This document shows positions 25,857-35,563 of a stretch of 64,000 nucleotides of DNA, one piece after another. Each line of letters opens with the position of its first letter. The first letter of the stretch is position 1. Under the pieces are notes generated by a model, which saw only the letters and a program-made list of their open reading frames with translations, did no database searches and was not told the origin of the DNA. The stretch comes from Oscillospiraceae bacterium. GTDB taxonomy: Bacteria > Bacillota > Clostridia > UMGS1840. Made by a program: the position numbers and the translations under genes. Location: the NCBI GenBank assembly GCA_015068645.1, contig SVKD01000004.1:3054-67053 (forward strand). Reading direction: 5' to 3'.

Positions 25857-27233
25857 TTAAAGATTCTTTAAGAAATCTTTTGCATTGCTGATAGCCACGC
25901 CCAATGCTTCGGGGGAGGGACCACCATATACATTTCTCTCATTCACACAGGTTTCCAAAGAAATTGCCTGATAGTAATCTTCTTCAATCAGTTCGGAGAA
26001 TTCTTTTAATTTGGAAAGGGGGATTTCTTCTAACGAAATCTTTTCACCGATAGAGTAGGATACCATTTCGCCAATCACTCTGTGAGCATCTCTGAATGGC
26101 ATCCCTTTCTTTACCAAATAATCTGCTGCATCGGTTGCATTGGTGAAACCACCTTTGGCACCGTTTCTCATTTTTTCGGTGTTAACAGTCATGGTTTCAA
26201 TCATTTTAGAGAAAATGGGTAAGCACATTTTCACGGTTTCGTAAGCATCAAATAACGTTTCCTTATCTTCCTGCATATCTTTGTTATATGCTAAAGGAAT
26301 TCCTTTTAAAATGGTTAAAATGGTGATTAAAGAACCGTACACACGACCGGTTTTTCCACGGGTTAATTCTGCAATATCGGGATTTTTCTTCTGAGGCATA
26401 ATGCTGGAGCCGGTGGAATAAGCATCATCCAAGCGAATGAAGGAAAATTCGTCACTGCACCAGAGAATGATTTCTTCCGAAAAGCGGGAAAGATGCATCA
26501 TAATCATAGAAAGGTCGAAAATGAATTCTGCCACATGGTCACGGTCGGAAACACCGTCTAAGCTGTTTTCGGTGGGACCTGCAAAACCAAGCAGTTTTGC
26601 AGTTAAGTGACGATCCAAAGGATAGGTTGTGGTTGCCAATGCACCGCTTCCTAAGGGACAGAGGGACATTCTTCCCAAACAGTCGCACAAACGTTCATAA
26701 TCACGTCTAAACATCTGAAAATACGCCATCAAGTGATGACCTAAGGTGATAGGTTGAGCCTTTTGTAAATGAGTATAACCGGGCATAACGGTTAATTTTT
26801 CAGCTTCTGCCAGATTGGCAATGGTGGAAAGCAGATTTTTCACTTCACCTTTGATATCGTTGATGGCATTTCTGGTATACATTTTCACATCCAGCGCAAC
26901 CTGGTCATTACGGCTTCTGCCGGTGTGAAGTTGTTTGCCGATGCCTTCCAATCTTTCAATCAGAATGGATTCGATATTCATGTGAATATCTTCCGCTTCC
27001 AAAGAAAATTCGATTTTGTCGTCCTCGATATCTTTTAAGATTTTTCCCAGTTCTACCTTGATTTTTTCGGCATTCTCTATCGGGATAATACCTTGTTTTC
27101 CCAGCATGGTAACGTGGGCAATACTGCCTTCGATATCTTCTTTATACATTTTGCAGTCAAAGGAAATGGAACTGTTGAAATCGTCCACCGCTTTGTCTGT
27201 TTCTTTATTAAATCTTCCGCCCCAAAGCTTCAT
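25857..27233 (-). CDS. argH: argininosuccinate lyase
   Basis: 458 aa. MKLWGGRF N-terminus and GSSIMPQKKNPD signature. Confidence 0.95.
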   Translation of the reverse strand: MKLWGGRFNKETDKAVDDFNSSISFDCKMYKEDIEGSIAHVTMLGKQGIIPIENAEKIKVELGKILKDIEDDKIEFSLEAEDIHMNIESILIERLEGIGKQLHTGRSRNDQVALDVKMYTRNAINDIKGEVKNLLSTIANLAEAEKLTVMPGYTHLQKAQPITLGHHLMAYFQMFRRDYERLCDCLGRMSLCPLGSGALATTTYPLDRHLTAKLLGFAGPTENSLDGVSDRDHVAEFIFDLSMIMMHLSRFSEEIILWCSDEFSFIRLDDAYSTGSSIMPQKKNPDIAELTRGKTGRVYGSLITILTILKGIPLAYNKDMQEDKETLFDAYETVKMCLPIFSKMIETMTVNTEKMRNGAKGGFTNATDAADYLVKKGMPFRDAHRVIGEMVSYSIGEKISLEEIPLSKLKEFSELIEEDYYQAISLETCVNERNVYGGPSPEALGVAISNAKDFLKNL

Positions 27234-27289
27234 GATTTTCTCTCCTAATTCTCCAAAAAAGGAGGCACTGCCTCCTTTTTTCGGGTTTC

Positions 27290-28498
27290 TTATTTCTTGT
27301 TCTTTAAGTCAACCAATGCTTTCATTTTGGTTTGTAAACCAAACAGGTTGATAAAGCCTTCTGCATCTTTCTGATTGTAAACTTCGTCTTCGTCGAAGGT
27401 TGCATATTCTTCAATGTATAAGGAATGGTCAGATTTAGAACCTGCAGACATAATGTTACCTTTATACAGTTTTAATCTAACAGTACCGGTCACATTTTCC
27501 TGAGTTTTATCAACGAAAGCGGACAATGCTTCTCTTAAGGGGGAGAACCACAGACCGTCATAAACCAGTTCTGCAAATCTTACAGCCAACTGCTCTTTAT
27601 AATGCATGGTGTATTTGTCTAAGCACAGATATTCTAAATCTCTGTGTGCAAAGTATAACACTTTTCCGCCGGGAGTTTCGTAAACACCTCTGGATTTCAT
27701 ACCAACCAGACGGTTTTCTACGATATCGTCAATACCAACGCCGTTTCTTGCAGCGATTTCGTTTAATTTAGTCACAACGCCTAAGGGAGACAGTTTTTCG
27801 CCGTTTACGGCAACAGCGTCACCTTTTACGAAGTCGATTTCTACATATTCTGCTTTATCAGGAGCAGCTTCGGGAGTTACCATCAGGTGTAACAGTTTGT
27901 CATACTGAGGTTCGTTCCAGGGATCTTCTAAGTCCTGACCTTCGTGAGACAAATGCCAGATGTTTCTGTCCATAGAGTAGTTATCTTCTTTGGTAACGGG
28001 AATGGGAATGTTTCTTGCTTCTGCATATTCAATTTCCTGATCTCTGGATTTGATATCCCAGATTCTCCAGGGAGCGATGATTTTTAAGTCGGGAGCCAGT
28101 GCTTTGATGGTTAATTCAAAACGAACCTGGTCATTACCTTTTCCGGTTGCACCGTGACAGATCGCAGTTGCGCCTTCTGCTCTTGCAATTTCAACCAGTC
28201 TTTTTGCAATACAAGGTCTTGCGTGGGAAGTACCCAGTAAGTATTTTCCTTCGTAAACCGCACCGGCTCTTACGGTGGGGTAGATGAAGTCTTTTACATA
28301 TTCTTCTCTTAAATCTTCAATGTAACATTTGGAAGCGCCGGTTTTAATGGCTTTTTCTTCCAGACCGTCGGTTTCTTTGCCCTGACCAACGTCACCGCAA
28401 ACAGCGATAACTTCATAATCATAGTTTTCTTTTAACCACGGAATGATGATAGAAGTATCAAGTCCTCCCGAATAAGCTAAAATAACTTTTTCTTTCAT
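27290..28498 (-). CDS. argG: argininosuccinate synthase
   Basis: 402 aa. [11 protein letters not shown]-loop and [13 protein letters not shown]. Confidence 0.95.
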   Translation of the reverse strand: MKEKVILAYSGGLDTSIIIPWLKENYDYEVIAVCGDVGQGKETDGLEEKAIKTGASKCYIEDLREEYVKDFIYPTVRAGAVYEGKYLLGTSHARPCIAKRLVEIARAEGATAICHGATGKGNDQVRFELTIKALAPDLKIIAPWRIWDIKSRDQEIEYAEARNIPIPVTKEDNYSMDRNIWHLSHEGQDLEDPWNEPQYDKLLHLMVTPEAAPDKAEYVEIDFVKGDAVAVNGEKLSPLGVVTKLNEIAARNGVGIDDIVENRLVGMKSRGVYETPGGKVLYFAHRDLEYLCLDKYTMHYKEQLAVRFAELVYDGLWFSPLREALSAFVDKTQENVTGTVRLKLYKGNIMSAGSKSDHSLYIEEYATFDEDEVYNQKDAEGFINLFGLQTKMKALVDLKNKK

Positions 28499-28706
28499 CT
28501 TGCATTTCTCCTTTATATATGCTATAATATAATAAACGGATTTTGAGTTTTTTGAAAAAACTGTTGAAAAACAAATTTTTTCTAACCCATCTCCAAAATT
28601 ATACTACATTGTTTATAAAAATGCAAGAGTTTTTTGAAAAATATTTTGAAAAATATGAAATAAATCTTGATTTTTCGCAAGTGATGAAAGAAAAGGAGAA
28701 AAACCG

Positions 28707-28755
28707 TATGCAAATTTATGCATAAAAACGGTAATATTTTGCAAATTTATGAGAA
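28707..28755. promoter_or_regulatory. two ARG-box-like AT-rich operators containing a perfect 12-nt direct repeat
   Basis: TATGCAAATTTATGCATA (28707-28724, hand count about 15 of 18 to TNTGAATWWWWATTCANW) and TTTGCAAATTTATGAGAA (28738-28755). TGCAAATTTATG is repeated 31 bp apart, and the second copy contains the ruvC ATG. Confidence 0.3.
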
Positions 28756-29246
28756 TTTTAGGAATTGATCCCGGCTATGCCTTGGTGGGAATCGGGGCAA
28801 TTGAATACGTCGGGAATAAATATTCAGTGATAAAATATGGAAAAATTGAAACTTTTTCGAAGGAAGAGATGTCTAAAAGATTGGAAACCATTTTTCGGGA
28901 GATGAATTTATGGCTTTCAGAAACCAAACCGGATGTGGTGGCAATTGAACAACTCTTCTTTAATACCAACACTACCACCGCGATTGCGGTTGCCCAGGCG
29001 AGAGGTGTGATTCTGCTCGCTTGTCAGCTTCAGGGGGTGCCTGTGTTTGAATACACGCCCTTGCAGGTGAAGCAGGCGGTGGTTGGATACGGGAAGGCGG
29101 AAAAAATTCAGGTGCAGAAAATGGTGAAAACAATATTGAATCTGGAGAAAGTTCCCAAACCGGACGATACAGCCGATGCACTTGCTATTGCAATTTGTCA
29201 CACTAATCATAGCGGTTATCACAGTTATCTGGACAAGTTGAAGTAA
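28749..29246 (+). CDS. ruvC: crossover junction endodeoxyribonuclease RuvC
   Basis: 165 aa. MRILGIDPG and DAADALAIA-like DTADALAIAICH. Confidence 0.92.
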   Translation: MRILGIDPGYALVGIGAIEYVGNKYSVIKYGKIETFSKEEMSKRLETIFREMNLWLSETKPDVVAIEQLFFNTNTTTAIAVAQARGVILLACQLQGVPVFEYTPLQVKQAVVGYGKAEKIQVQKMVKTILNLEKVPKPDDTADALAIAICHTNHSGYHSYLDKLK

Positions 29247-29285
29247 CTATTTTTACGATTTTTTGGAAAGGACGACATCCTTATT

Positions 29286-29876
29286 ATGTACTATAGCATT
29301 ACAGGACTTGGCGAAGCCAAAGAAAATTTTTTAGTGATACATACCGGCGGAATTGGATATAAAATCTACACTTCCAACACTACTCTGGCAAGAGTAACCA
29401 ATCATCAGGAAATGACGGTTTATACTTACCTGAACGTAAAAGAAGACGCCATGGATTTATACGGATTTGCAACCGAGGAGGAACTTTCCACCTTTAAAAT
29501 GCTTCTTTCGGTATCAGGGGTAGGTCCCAAGGCTGCACTGGCAGTATTATCTGCACTCACTCCCACTGAATTTGCTATGAGTGTTGCCACCCAGGACGCA
29601 CAAAGTATCACCAGAGCCCAGGGCGTTGGTAAAAAGTTGGCAGAAAAAATCATTGTGGAATTAAAGGACAAGTTAAAAGGGGTTGACCTTCGTGAAATTG
29701 CAGGGGATACACCTCAGACAGTGTCCGTTTCCAATGATGTTTTACAGGAAGCGGTAAATGCTCTGATGGTGCTTGGTTATTCGGCATACGAATCCCGTCA
29801 GGCAGTGAAGTTTGTTTCTTCGAAATCAAATCAGTTAGAAGAAATTATTAAACTTGCACTCAAAGAATTGATGTAG
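29286..29876 (+). CDS. ruvA: Holliday junction branch migration complex subunit RuvA
   Basis: 196 aa. HhH motifs LLSVSGVGPKAALAVLS and GVGKKLAEKI. Confidence 0.92.
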   Translation: MYYSITGLGEAKENFLVIHTGGIGYKIYTSNTTLARVTNHQEMTVYTYLNVKEDAMDLYGFATEEELSTFKMLLSVSGVGPKAALAVLSALTPTEFAMSVATQDAQSITRAQGVGKKLAEKIIVELKDKLKGVDLREIAGDTPQTVSVSNDVLQEAVNALMVLGYSAYESRQAVKFVSSKSNQLEEIIKLALKELM

Positions 29877-29915
29877 TCTTGAAAAATCACTCATCTTGCA
29901 CTTTTACGCTCATTT

Positions 29916-30077
29916 GCGTACACCAGGTACGCGGCATTCGCTGAAAAGCACAATCTAAGCAATTTTTCTGCAACTTGTTGTGTAAGGAATTCGGCAGAAA
30001 CTATCAAAGCGTACCGATCTTGAAAAGTACGCGGCGTTCGCTGAAAAGCACAATCTGAGCAATTTTTCTGCAACTTG
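29916..30077 (+). repeat. 100-bp-period tandem duplication in the ruvA-ruvB spacer
   Basis: The 51-nt core GTACGCGGC(A/G)TTCGCTGAAAAGCACAATCT(A/G)AGCAATTTTTCTGCAACTTG lies at 29927-29977 and 30027-30077 (49 of 51). Each copy is preceded by GCGTAC, forming a GCGTAC-loop-GTACGC hairpin. Confidence 0.9.
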
Positions 30078-30136
30078 AGTTTTATCTGGAGAATTCAGAA
30101 AATCAGGAAATCCTATGGAAAGGAATCAATGACCCT

Positions 30137-31165
30137 ATGGAAGAAAGAATTGTTTCTCCCGAAGTGATGGGCAATGACTCGGAATTGAGTCTTCGTCCCA
30201 AAACACTTTCGGATTATATCGGGCAGAAAAAAGTAAAGGAAAATATGAAAATCTTTATCGAAGCTGCCAAAAAACGAAATGAATCCCTGGACCACTGTCT
30301 GTTTTACGGACCACCCGGACTGGGAAAAACCACATTGGCAAATATCATTGCTAATGAAATGAATGTAAACCTTCGGGTCACTTCGGGTCCTGCTATTGAA
30401 AAGCCCGGCGATTTAGCGGCAATTTTAACTAACTTAGCGGAACATGATGTGTTATTCATTGATGAAATTCACCGTCTATCCAAAAGTGTGGAAGAAGTGC
30501 TTTATCCCGCTATGGAAGACTTTGCTTTAGATATTATCATCGGAAAGGGACCTGCGGCAAGAAGTATCCGTCTGGACTTGCCTAAGTTTACCTTGATTGG
30601 CGCCACCACCAAGGCAGGAAGCCTTACATCACCTCTTCGTGACCGTTTTGGAGTGCTTCAGCGGTTGGAATTGTATACTCCTGATGAATTGGCTGAAATT
30701 GTACTTCGTTCTGCGCAGATCATGGGAGTTTCCATTGAAGAATCGGGAGCCAGAGAAATTGCAAGCCGATCTCGCGGAACTCCCCGTATTGCCAACCGTC
30801 TTTTACGCCGTGTCCGTGATTATGCGGAAATTAAAGCAAACGGAAATATTGATGAAACAACTGCTGATATGGCACTGTCTATGTTGGAAATTGACCAGAT
30901 TGGGTTGGACAGAACCGATAAACATATGATTATGACGATGATTGAAGCCTTTGGCGGCGGTCCTGTGGGACTGGAAACATTGGCTGCAACCACAGGAGAA
31001 GATTCTAATACCATTGAAGACGTGTATGAACCATACTTAATGCAGCTGGGATTTATACAAAGAACCCCTCGCGGAAGAATGGTTACACGTTTGGGGTATG
31101 CTCATTTCGGTATTCCCTATGATGAGCCCACGGAAAATCCATTTGAACAAATCTCTTTGGGATAA
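30137..31165 (+). CDS. ruvB: Holliday junction DNA helicase RuvB
   Basis: 342 aa. Walker [10 protein letters not shown] and Walker B FIDEIH. Confidence 0.95.
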   Translation: MEERIVSPEVMGNDSELSLRPKTLSDYIGQKKVKENMKIFIEAAKKRNESLDHCLFYGPPGLGKTTLANIIANEMNVNLRVTSGPAIEKPGDLAAILTNLAEHDVLFIDEIHRLSKSVEEVLYPAMEDFALDIIIGKGPAARSIRLDLPKFTLIGATTKAGSLTSPLRDRFGVLQRLELYTPDELAEIVLRSAQIMGVSIEESGAREIASRSRGTPRIANRLLRRVRDYAEIKANGNIDETTADMALSMLEIDQIGLDRTDKHMIMTMIEAFGGGPVGLETLAATTGEDSNTIEDVYEPYLMQLGFIQRTPRGRMVTRLGYAHFGIPYDEPTENPFEQISLG

Positions 31166-31217
31166 TTGCATAGGTTATGGGAGAAAACACTCCCTTGGAT
31201 ATAGGAAAGGAGGAATT

Positions 31218-33074
31218 ATGCGAAATTTCTTTCGTTGTATTTTCATCAGTTTGTTGCTTCTTGTGCTGGGAGCTTCTATGCCGGCTATGGCACAGGAATC
31301 AGACGACATTAAAATTTATTTTCGAAACAAGCAACTCACATCCGATGCTGCACCTTTTATTGAAAACGGACGTACGATGGTTCCTGTTCGTATGGTTGCG
31401 GAGAATATGGGGTATGATGTGCTTTGGAATCCGTCCAATCGAATGGTTACCATCTTATCTGTGGATCACAGAATGGTGCTGACTATTGACCAGAATACCG
31501 CTCAGGTAGGCAGCAGGCGAGTGACCATGGACACACCTGCCATTATCCGTTATGACAGAACTTATGTGCCAATCCGCTTTATTTCCGAAAACTTTGGCTA
31601 TCAGGTGGATTGGGACAACGATACCAGGAGTGTATTTATTACAGAGCCGGAACCGACTCCCACTCCCACACCAAAACCCACTGCAACACCAAAACCCACT
31701 GCAACACCAAAACCGACAGCAACACCCAAACCCACAGTAAAACCGGGAACTACACCGAAACCATCTACATCGCCCGGAACAGAGAACGATGGACCGTTCT
31801 ATGGTACAGTGGATGAATCGGATGACCTTTCCATCACCAAAATTTTCACGGAGCGTACCACCAATAAATTATACTTAAAGGTTCAGGCAACCGGTGGACG
31901 AATTGAAGATCCGCGCACGATGGAACTGGAGGATCCCTTGCGCTTTGTGATAGATATTCCCGATGCGAAATTAGACACGGGAACCAGAGAAATCAATGTT
32001 GGATCCGAATATATTTCCAAAGTTCGTTTTTCACAGTTTACCAAGGAACCCAATAGTGTTCGAATTGTTATTGACTTAAATATGGAAAACGATGTAACCT
32101 ATGGATATGAGGATGGTTTCTTCACCTTGTCGATGAAGGATTCACCGTCTGAAATCAAAAATATTTCTGCGAAAGAAAATAAAGATTCGGATGAGATTAA
32201 CATTACTTCCAATACCGTTTTGGCACCGGAATATTTTGTTCTTTACAATCCGTATCGAATTGTATTTGATTTCTATAATACCGAATGTAGCGCAGAAACA
32301 TTTGAATTTGAAGGAAAATACATAGAAAAAATTAAGTTCTATGAACATCCTGAAAAAACAAGAGTGACTATTACCGCGGAAGAAAATGCAGAATACGAAT
32401 TTGAAGCAGACGGTAAAAACTTCCGCATTACGGTGACGGAACCCACAGAACCTGTTGCAACACCGAAACCCGGTAATACCGGCGGTAAATACGATATTAA
32501 AATTGTATTGGATCCCGGTCACGGCGGAACCGAACCCGGTAGTGTGGGATACTTAAACGGTAGTGCAGTAAAAGAAAAAGATGTAAACTTAAAGATTGCC
32601 AATAAGGTATTGAAAATCTTAAGAGACAAAGGCTACAACATTATTCCCACCAGAACTACCGATACTTATGTGGGTCTTACCACCCGTGCAGAAATTGCAA
32701 ACTCTGCAAATGCAGATGTGTTTGTATCCATCCATAATAATTCATTCAGTGATTCTTCTGCAAAAGGTACGTTGACAATGTATGCATACGACAGTCCCAA
32801 GTCGGGTCAGAGTATCTCAGGAAAAACCATTGCTCAGATTATGCAGAATGAATTGATTAAGGGTACGGAAGGTCAGAACCGCGGTCTTATGAAGAATTCT
32901 CAGATTGTTGTAATTCGTAAGACCAAGATGCCTGCTATTCTGCTGGAATGCCTGTTTATGTCGAATCAGAGTGACTTACAAAAATTAACAGACGAAGCTC
33001 GCATCAATAAGATTGCAGAACATGTAGCACAGGGTATCGAAAATATTTGCGAAAAGATGGCATCCACCAAATAA
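31218..33074 (+). CDS. N-acetylmuramoyl-L-alanine amidase (Amidase_3) with a Cu-amine-oxidase-N-like domain, PT linker and AMIN-like domains
   Basis: ORF 31098..33074. Start moved to ATG 31218 behind AGGAGG (signal peptide MRNFFRCIFISLLLL). C-terminal LDPGHGG, SIHNNS and ECLFMSN motifs. Confidence 0.85.
   Translation: MRNFFRCIFISLLLLVLGASMPAMAQESDDIKIYFRNKQLTSDAAPFIENGRTMVPVRMVAENMGYDVLWNPSNRMVTILSVDHRMVLTIDQNTAQVGSRRVTMDTPAIIRYDRTYVPIRFISENFGYQVDWDNDTRSVFITEPEPTPTPTPKPTATPKPTATPKPTATPKPTVKPGTTPKPSTSPGTENDGPFYGTVDESDDLSITKIFTERTTNKLYLKVQATGGRIEDPRTMELEDPLRFVIDIPDAKLDTGTREINVGSEYISKVRFSQFTKEPNSVRIVIDLNMENDVTYGYEDGFFTLSMKDSPSEIKNISAKENKDSDEINITSNTVLAPEYFVLYNPYRIVFDFYNTECSAETFEFEGKYIEKIKFYEHPEKTRVTITAEENAEYEFEADGKNFRITVTEPTEPVATPKPGNTGGKYDIKIVLDPGHGGTEPGSVGYLNGSAVKEKDVNLKIANKVLKILRDKGYNIIPTRTTDTYVGLTTRAEIANSANADVFVSIHNNSFSDSSAKGTLTMYAYDSPKSGQSISGKTIAQIMQNELIKGTEGQNRGLMKNSQIVVIRKTKMPAILLECLFMSNQSDLQKLTDEARINKIAEHVAQGIENICEKMASTK
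31671..31742 (+). repeat. four tandem 18-nt repeats encoding a (PKPTAT)n linker
   Basis: CCAAAACCCACTGCAACA twice, then two diverged copies. Confidence 0.85.
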
Positions 33075-33135
33075 TGGGATCATCGTAGCGTCAATCGTCT
33101 ACAACTTTGTTGCAGACGTTTCAAATCCATAATAA

Positions 33136-33172
33136 GAAAAACGCAAGGGATTTTCCTTGCGTTTTTCTTTTG
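33136..33172 (+). terminator. intrinsic terminator after the amidase gene
   Basis: ACGCAAGG-gatttt-CCTTGCGT followed by TTTTTCTTTT. Confidence 0.85.
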
Positions 33173-33236
33173 TGTAAATCATATAAAATTTGAGCATACT
33201 GTTATTATGGAAATTTGGTTTTAAGGGGGATTCGAT

Positions 33237-34142
33237 ATGTTAACATTGCGGACTGATCTGGCATTGGAGAGTATATACACGCACGATAATAAAGGCATTA
33301 TCAAACAAGAGAGACAAGAAGATAATTGTGTGGTTACCGAAATTTCCATCACCACTCAGGAGGCAGCTCAATTGGTAGGGAAACCAATGGGGAATTTTGT
33401 GACATTGGAATTTCAGACTTTTCCCGACCGTGATCCCGTTGTGTTAGAGAAAAATGCCAAAGTCATTGCGAAAGAGTTGGGCAAACTATTGCCACAAAAG
33501 TCGGAACGTATTTTGGTAGTAGGACTTGGAAACCGCAACATCACTCCCGATGCATTAGGGCCTTCTACGCTGGATGGTGTAATGATTACCAACCATGTGC
33601 TGGAATACATCAATACCGAGGGAGAAAACGATTTTCGTGCAGTTTGCGGAATCTGTCCCGGGGTGTTGGGAATTACAGGAATTGAAACGGTAGATATTGT
33701 GCAAGGTGTGGTGGAAAAATATCAGCCGTCTCTTGTGATTGCAGTGGATGCATTGTGCGCAGGAAGTCCGGAGCGGATGTTTTCTACCGTGCAGCTTACC
33801 AATACGGGAATTCATCCCGGTTCCGGGGTTGGAAATCGAAGGGATGGACTGAATCAGGAAACGCTGGGGGTTCCTGTGATTGCAATTGGGATTCCCACCG
33901 TTGTGGATTCTCATTCTATTGTCTACTCTGCACTTACCGGCTTTTTTGAAAAAAACGATAGTTTAGCGGAAGCGGAACATATGATTTCTGATATGATGAA
34001 ATTTGCGAAATCGGGATTATTTGTCAGCCCGAAAGATATTGATAATCTGATTACACACAGTGCCAGAACCTTATCAGGGGGCATCAACTTGGCATTGCAT
34101 AAAAATATCGATTTGGCATTTTCTGAACATTTCGTGTCTTAA
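33237..34142 (+). CDS. gpr: GPR endopeptidase (spore germination protease)
   Basis: 301 aa. MLTLRTDLALE N-terminus and GLGNRNITPDALGP. Confidence 0.88.
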   Translation: MLTLRTDLALESIYTHDNKGIIKQERQEDNCVVTEISITTQEAAQLVGKPMGNFVTLEFQTFPDRDPVVLEKNAKVIAKELGKLLPQKSERILVVGLGNRNITPDALGPSTLDGVMITNHVLEYINTEGENDFRAVCGICPGVLGITGIETVDIVQGVVEKYQPSLVIAVDALCAGSPERMFSTVQLTNTGIHPGSGVGNRRDGLNQETLGVPVIAIGIPTVVDSHSIVYSALTGFFEKNDSLAEAEHMISDMMKFAKSGLFVSPKDIDNLITHSARTLSGGINLALHKNIDLAFSEHFVS

Positions 34143-35182
34143 GGGGTGCTGTTTAATACATCGGCAACTGCTTGTGCCGCCAGTTTTGCTCCTTGTTTAG
34201 CTTCTTCCAAGGTGTTTCCGTGTGAGCCGATTTCAAAAATAACGGAATTTTTAGTGGTGTGAGTATTAAACCGTTCCACTCTTAAATCAAGAGGACGGGC
34301 AAAATTGGGGTAGCTTGCTTGCATAATACCTTGCACTTTCAATGCAAAGGAAAGATTCTCTTTCCAGTGAGGGTGGGGGAGACCGCCTTCGCCGGTTCCG
34401 CAAACCAGCATAACCTGTGCGGTTTCAACCCCGTTAATAGTAGTGAGTGGCCGTACTTTTTCTTGATTTGCTCCGATTATGGCATCGCGGTGCAGATCAA
34501 TCACCACTTCTATTGATGGGTTTTCTTTGAGAGCTTTCGTCACACTTTCCAGACTCTTTTTATAGGATGTAGTGTAGGGAACATCGTGAACAGTGGTGAT
34601 ATGCAGCGTTTTAATGCCGTTTTCTTCCAGTACCTGCTGGAATTCTTCTCCGATACTGATCATGTTTTCCTGAGGGTTTTGGGAACGGTCATTTGGGAAA
34701 TAAGACTCTGTGGTATGGGTGTGAACCAAGAGAACTTTATAGCCCTCGGAATTTTTTTGAAAGGAAATTGGCTTTTGCAATAAATTTGCAACGTCCACAC
34801 TTTGGTTGGTATGATTTTTGATTTGAACATTCTGAGCACTTATTTTTGATAAATCTGCTCGGAGCTGCGGAGTTTCTGTGGGAACGGGAGTTTCCGTGAT
34901 AGCATCAGCAGGAGATTTCGTGGCTGGAGTTTTGGGAGCTATCGATGATTTCTCAAAGGGCATTGCCGCATATACCGTAGGGCCTGATTTTAAAGAGAAT
35001 TTATCAGAAAGTTGGTTTTGCAATTTGTTGTTTTTTTCAAAAAGAATATCTTTGGCGATATATTGGCAAATCCGATGAGGAATTTTTAAGGAGACCGAAC
35101 CGATCATCAGGAGTGTGATGATTGCGATCAGAATCATCTTTTTGATGAAATTTTTGATAGAGATAAAAATTGTTTTTTTCAT
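34139..35182 (-). CDS. spoIIP: stage II sporulation protein P
   Basis: 347 aa. TM anchor, then LVHTHTTESY and IDLHRD motifs. Confidence 0.85.
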   Translation of the reverse strand: MKKTIFISIKNFIKKMILIAIITLLMIGSVSLKIPHRICQYIAKDILFEKNNKLQNQLSDKFSLKSGPTVYAAMPFEKSSIAPKTPATKSPADAITETPVPTETPQLRADLSKISAQNVQIKNHTNQSVDVANLLQKPISFQKNSEGYKVLLVHTHTTESYFPNDRSQNPQENMISIGEEFQQVLEENGIKTLHITTVHDVPYTTSYKKSLESVTKALKENPSIEVVIDLHRDAIIGANQEKVRPLTTINGVETAQVMLVCGTGEGGLPHPHWKENLSFALKVQGIMQASYPNFARPLDLRVERFNTHTTKNSVIFEIGSHGNTLEEAKQGAKLAAQAVADVLNSTP

Positions 35183-35293
35183 AGGAAACCTCTCTTTATT
35201 TTATTGTATGAGGAACTTGTGAAAAAGAGAACTGCTTGTTTCGGTGTATAAACCTGCAAATGACATCGGATAATAATATCAGGGAGTGATTAT

Positions 35294-35527
35294 ATGGAAC
35301 GAAAAAAAACCGTGCTTGAGGAAGCGGAAGAGATTGTTGAAAATTATATTCAGAAACAACAGGAAATTTCACATCGATTTTACCGGAAAGGAAAGAAAGA
35401 CGATTATCATAAACTAAAAAAGATAAAAAAACAAAGCAAACGACTGAATCCAAAGGGGATTGGTCTTTTGCTTTGTCTGGGGGGATCTGTTTTGATATGG
35501 GGCGTTCTTTTTTGGTGGATTTTTTAG
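35294..35527 (+). CDS. small tail-anchored membrane protein (77 aa)
   Basis: AGGGAG RBS 7 nt upstream of the ATG. Charged helical N-terminal half and a C-terminal TM segment. Confidence 0.55.
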   Translation: MERKKTVLEEAEEIVENYIQKQQEISHRFYRKGKKDDYHKLKKIKKQSKRLNPKGIGLLLCLGGSVLIWGVLFWWIF

Positions 35528-35563
35528 TTTTTTGATATTAGCCTTGAAGGACAGCATTTTCGC

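Noticed and set aside
28543-28725. 60-aa ORF in the argG/ruvC intergenic region.
   Set aside because: It has a non-ATG start, no RBS and an extremely AT-rich, low-complexity K/F/E peptide. It overlaps the repeat and operator-like sequences.
29891-30073. 60-aa minus-strand ORF, or a possible mini CRISPR, in the ruvA-ruvB spacer.
   Set aside because: The two repeat copies are 100 bp apart (not a multiple of 3) and are translated in different frames, so the conservation is not at the protein level. With only two copies of 51 nt, it is not a CRISPR array.
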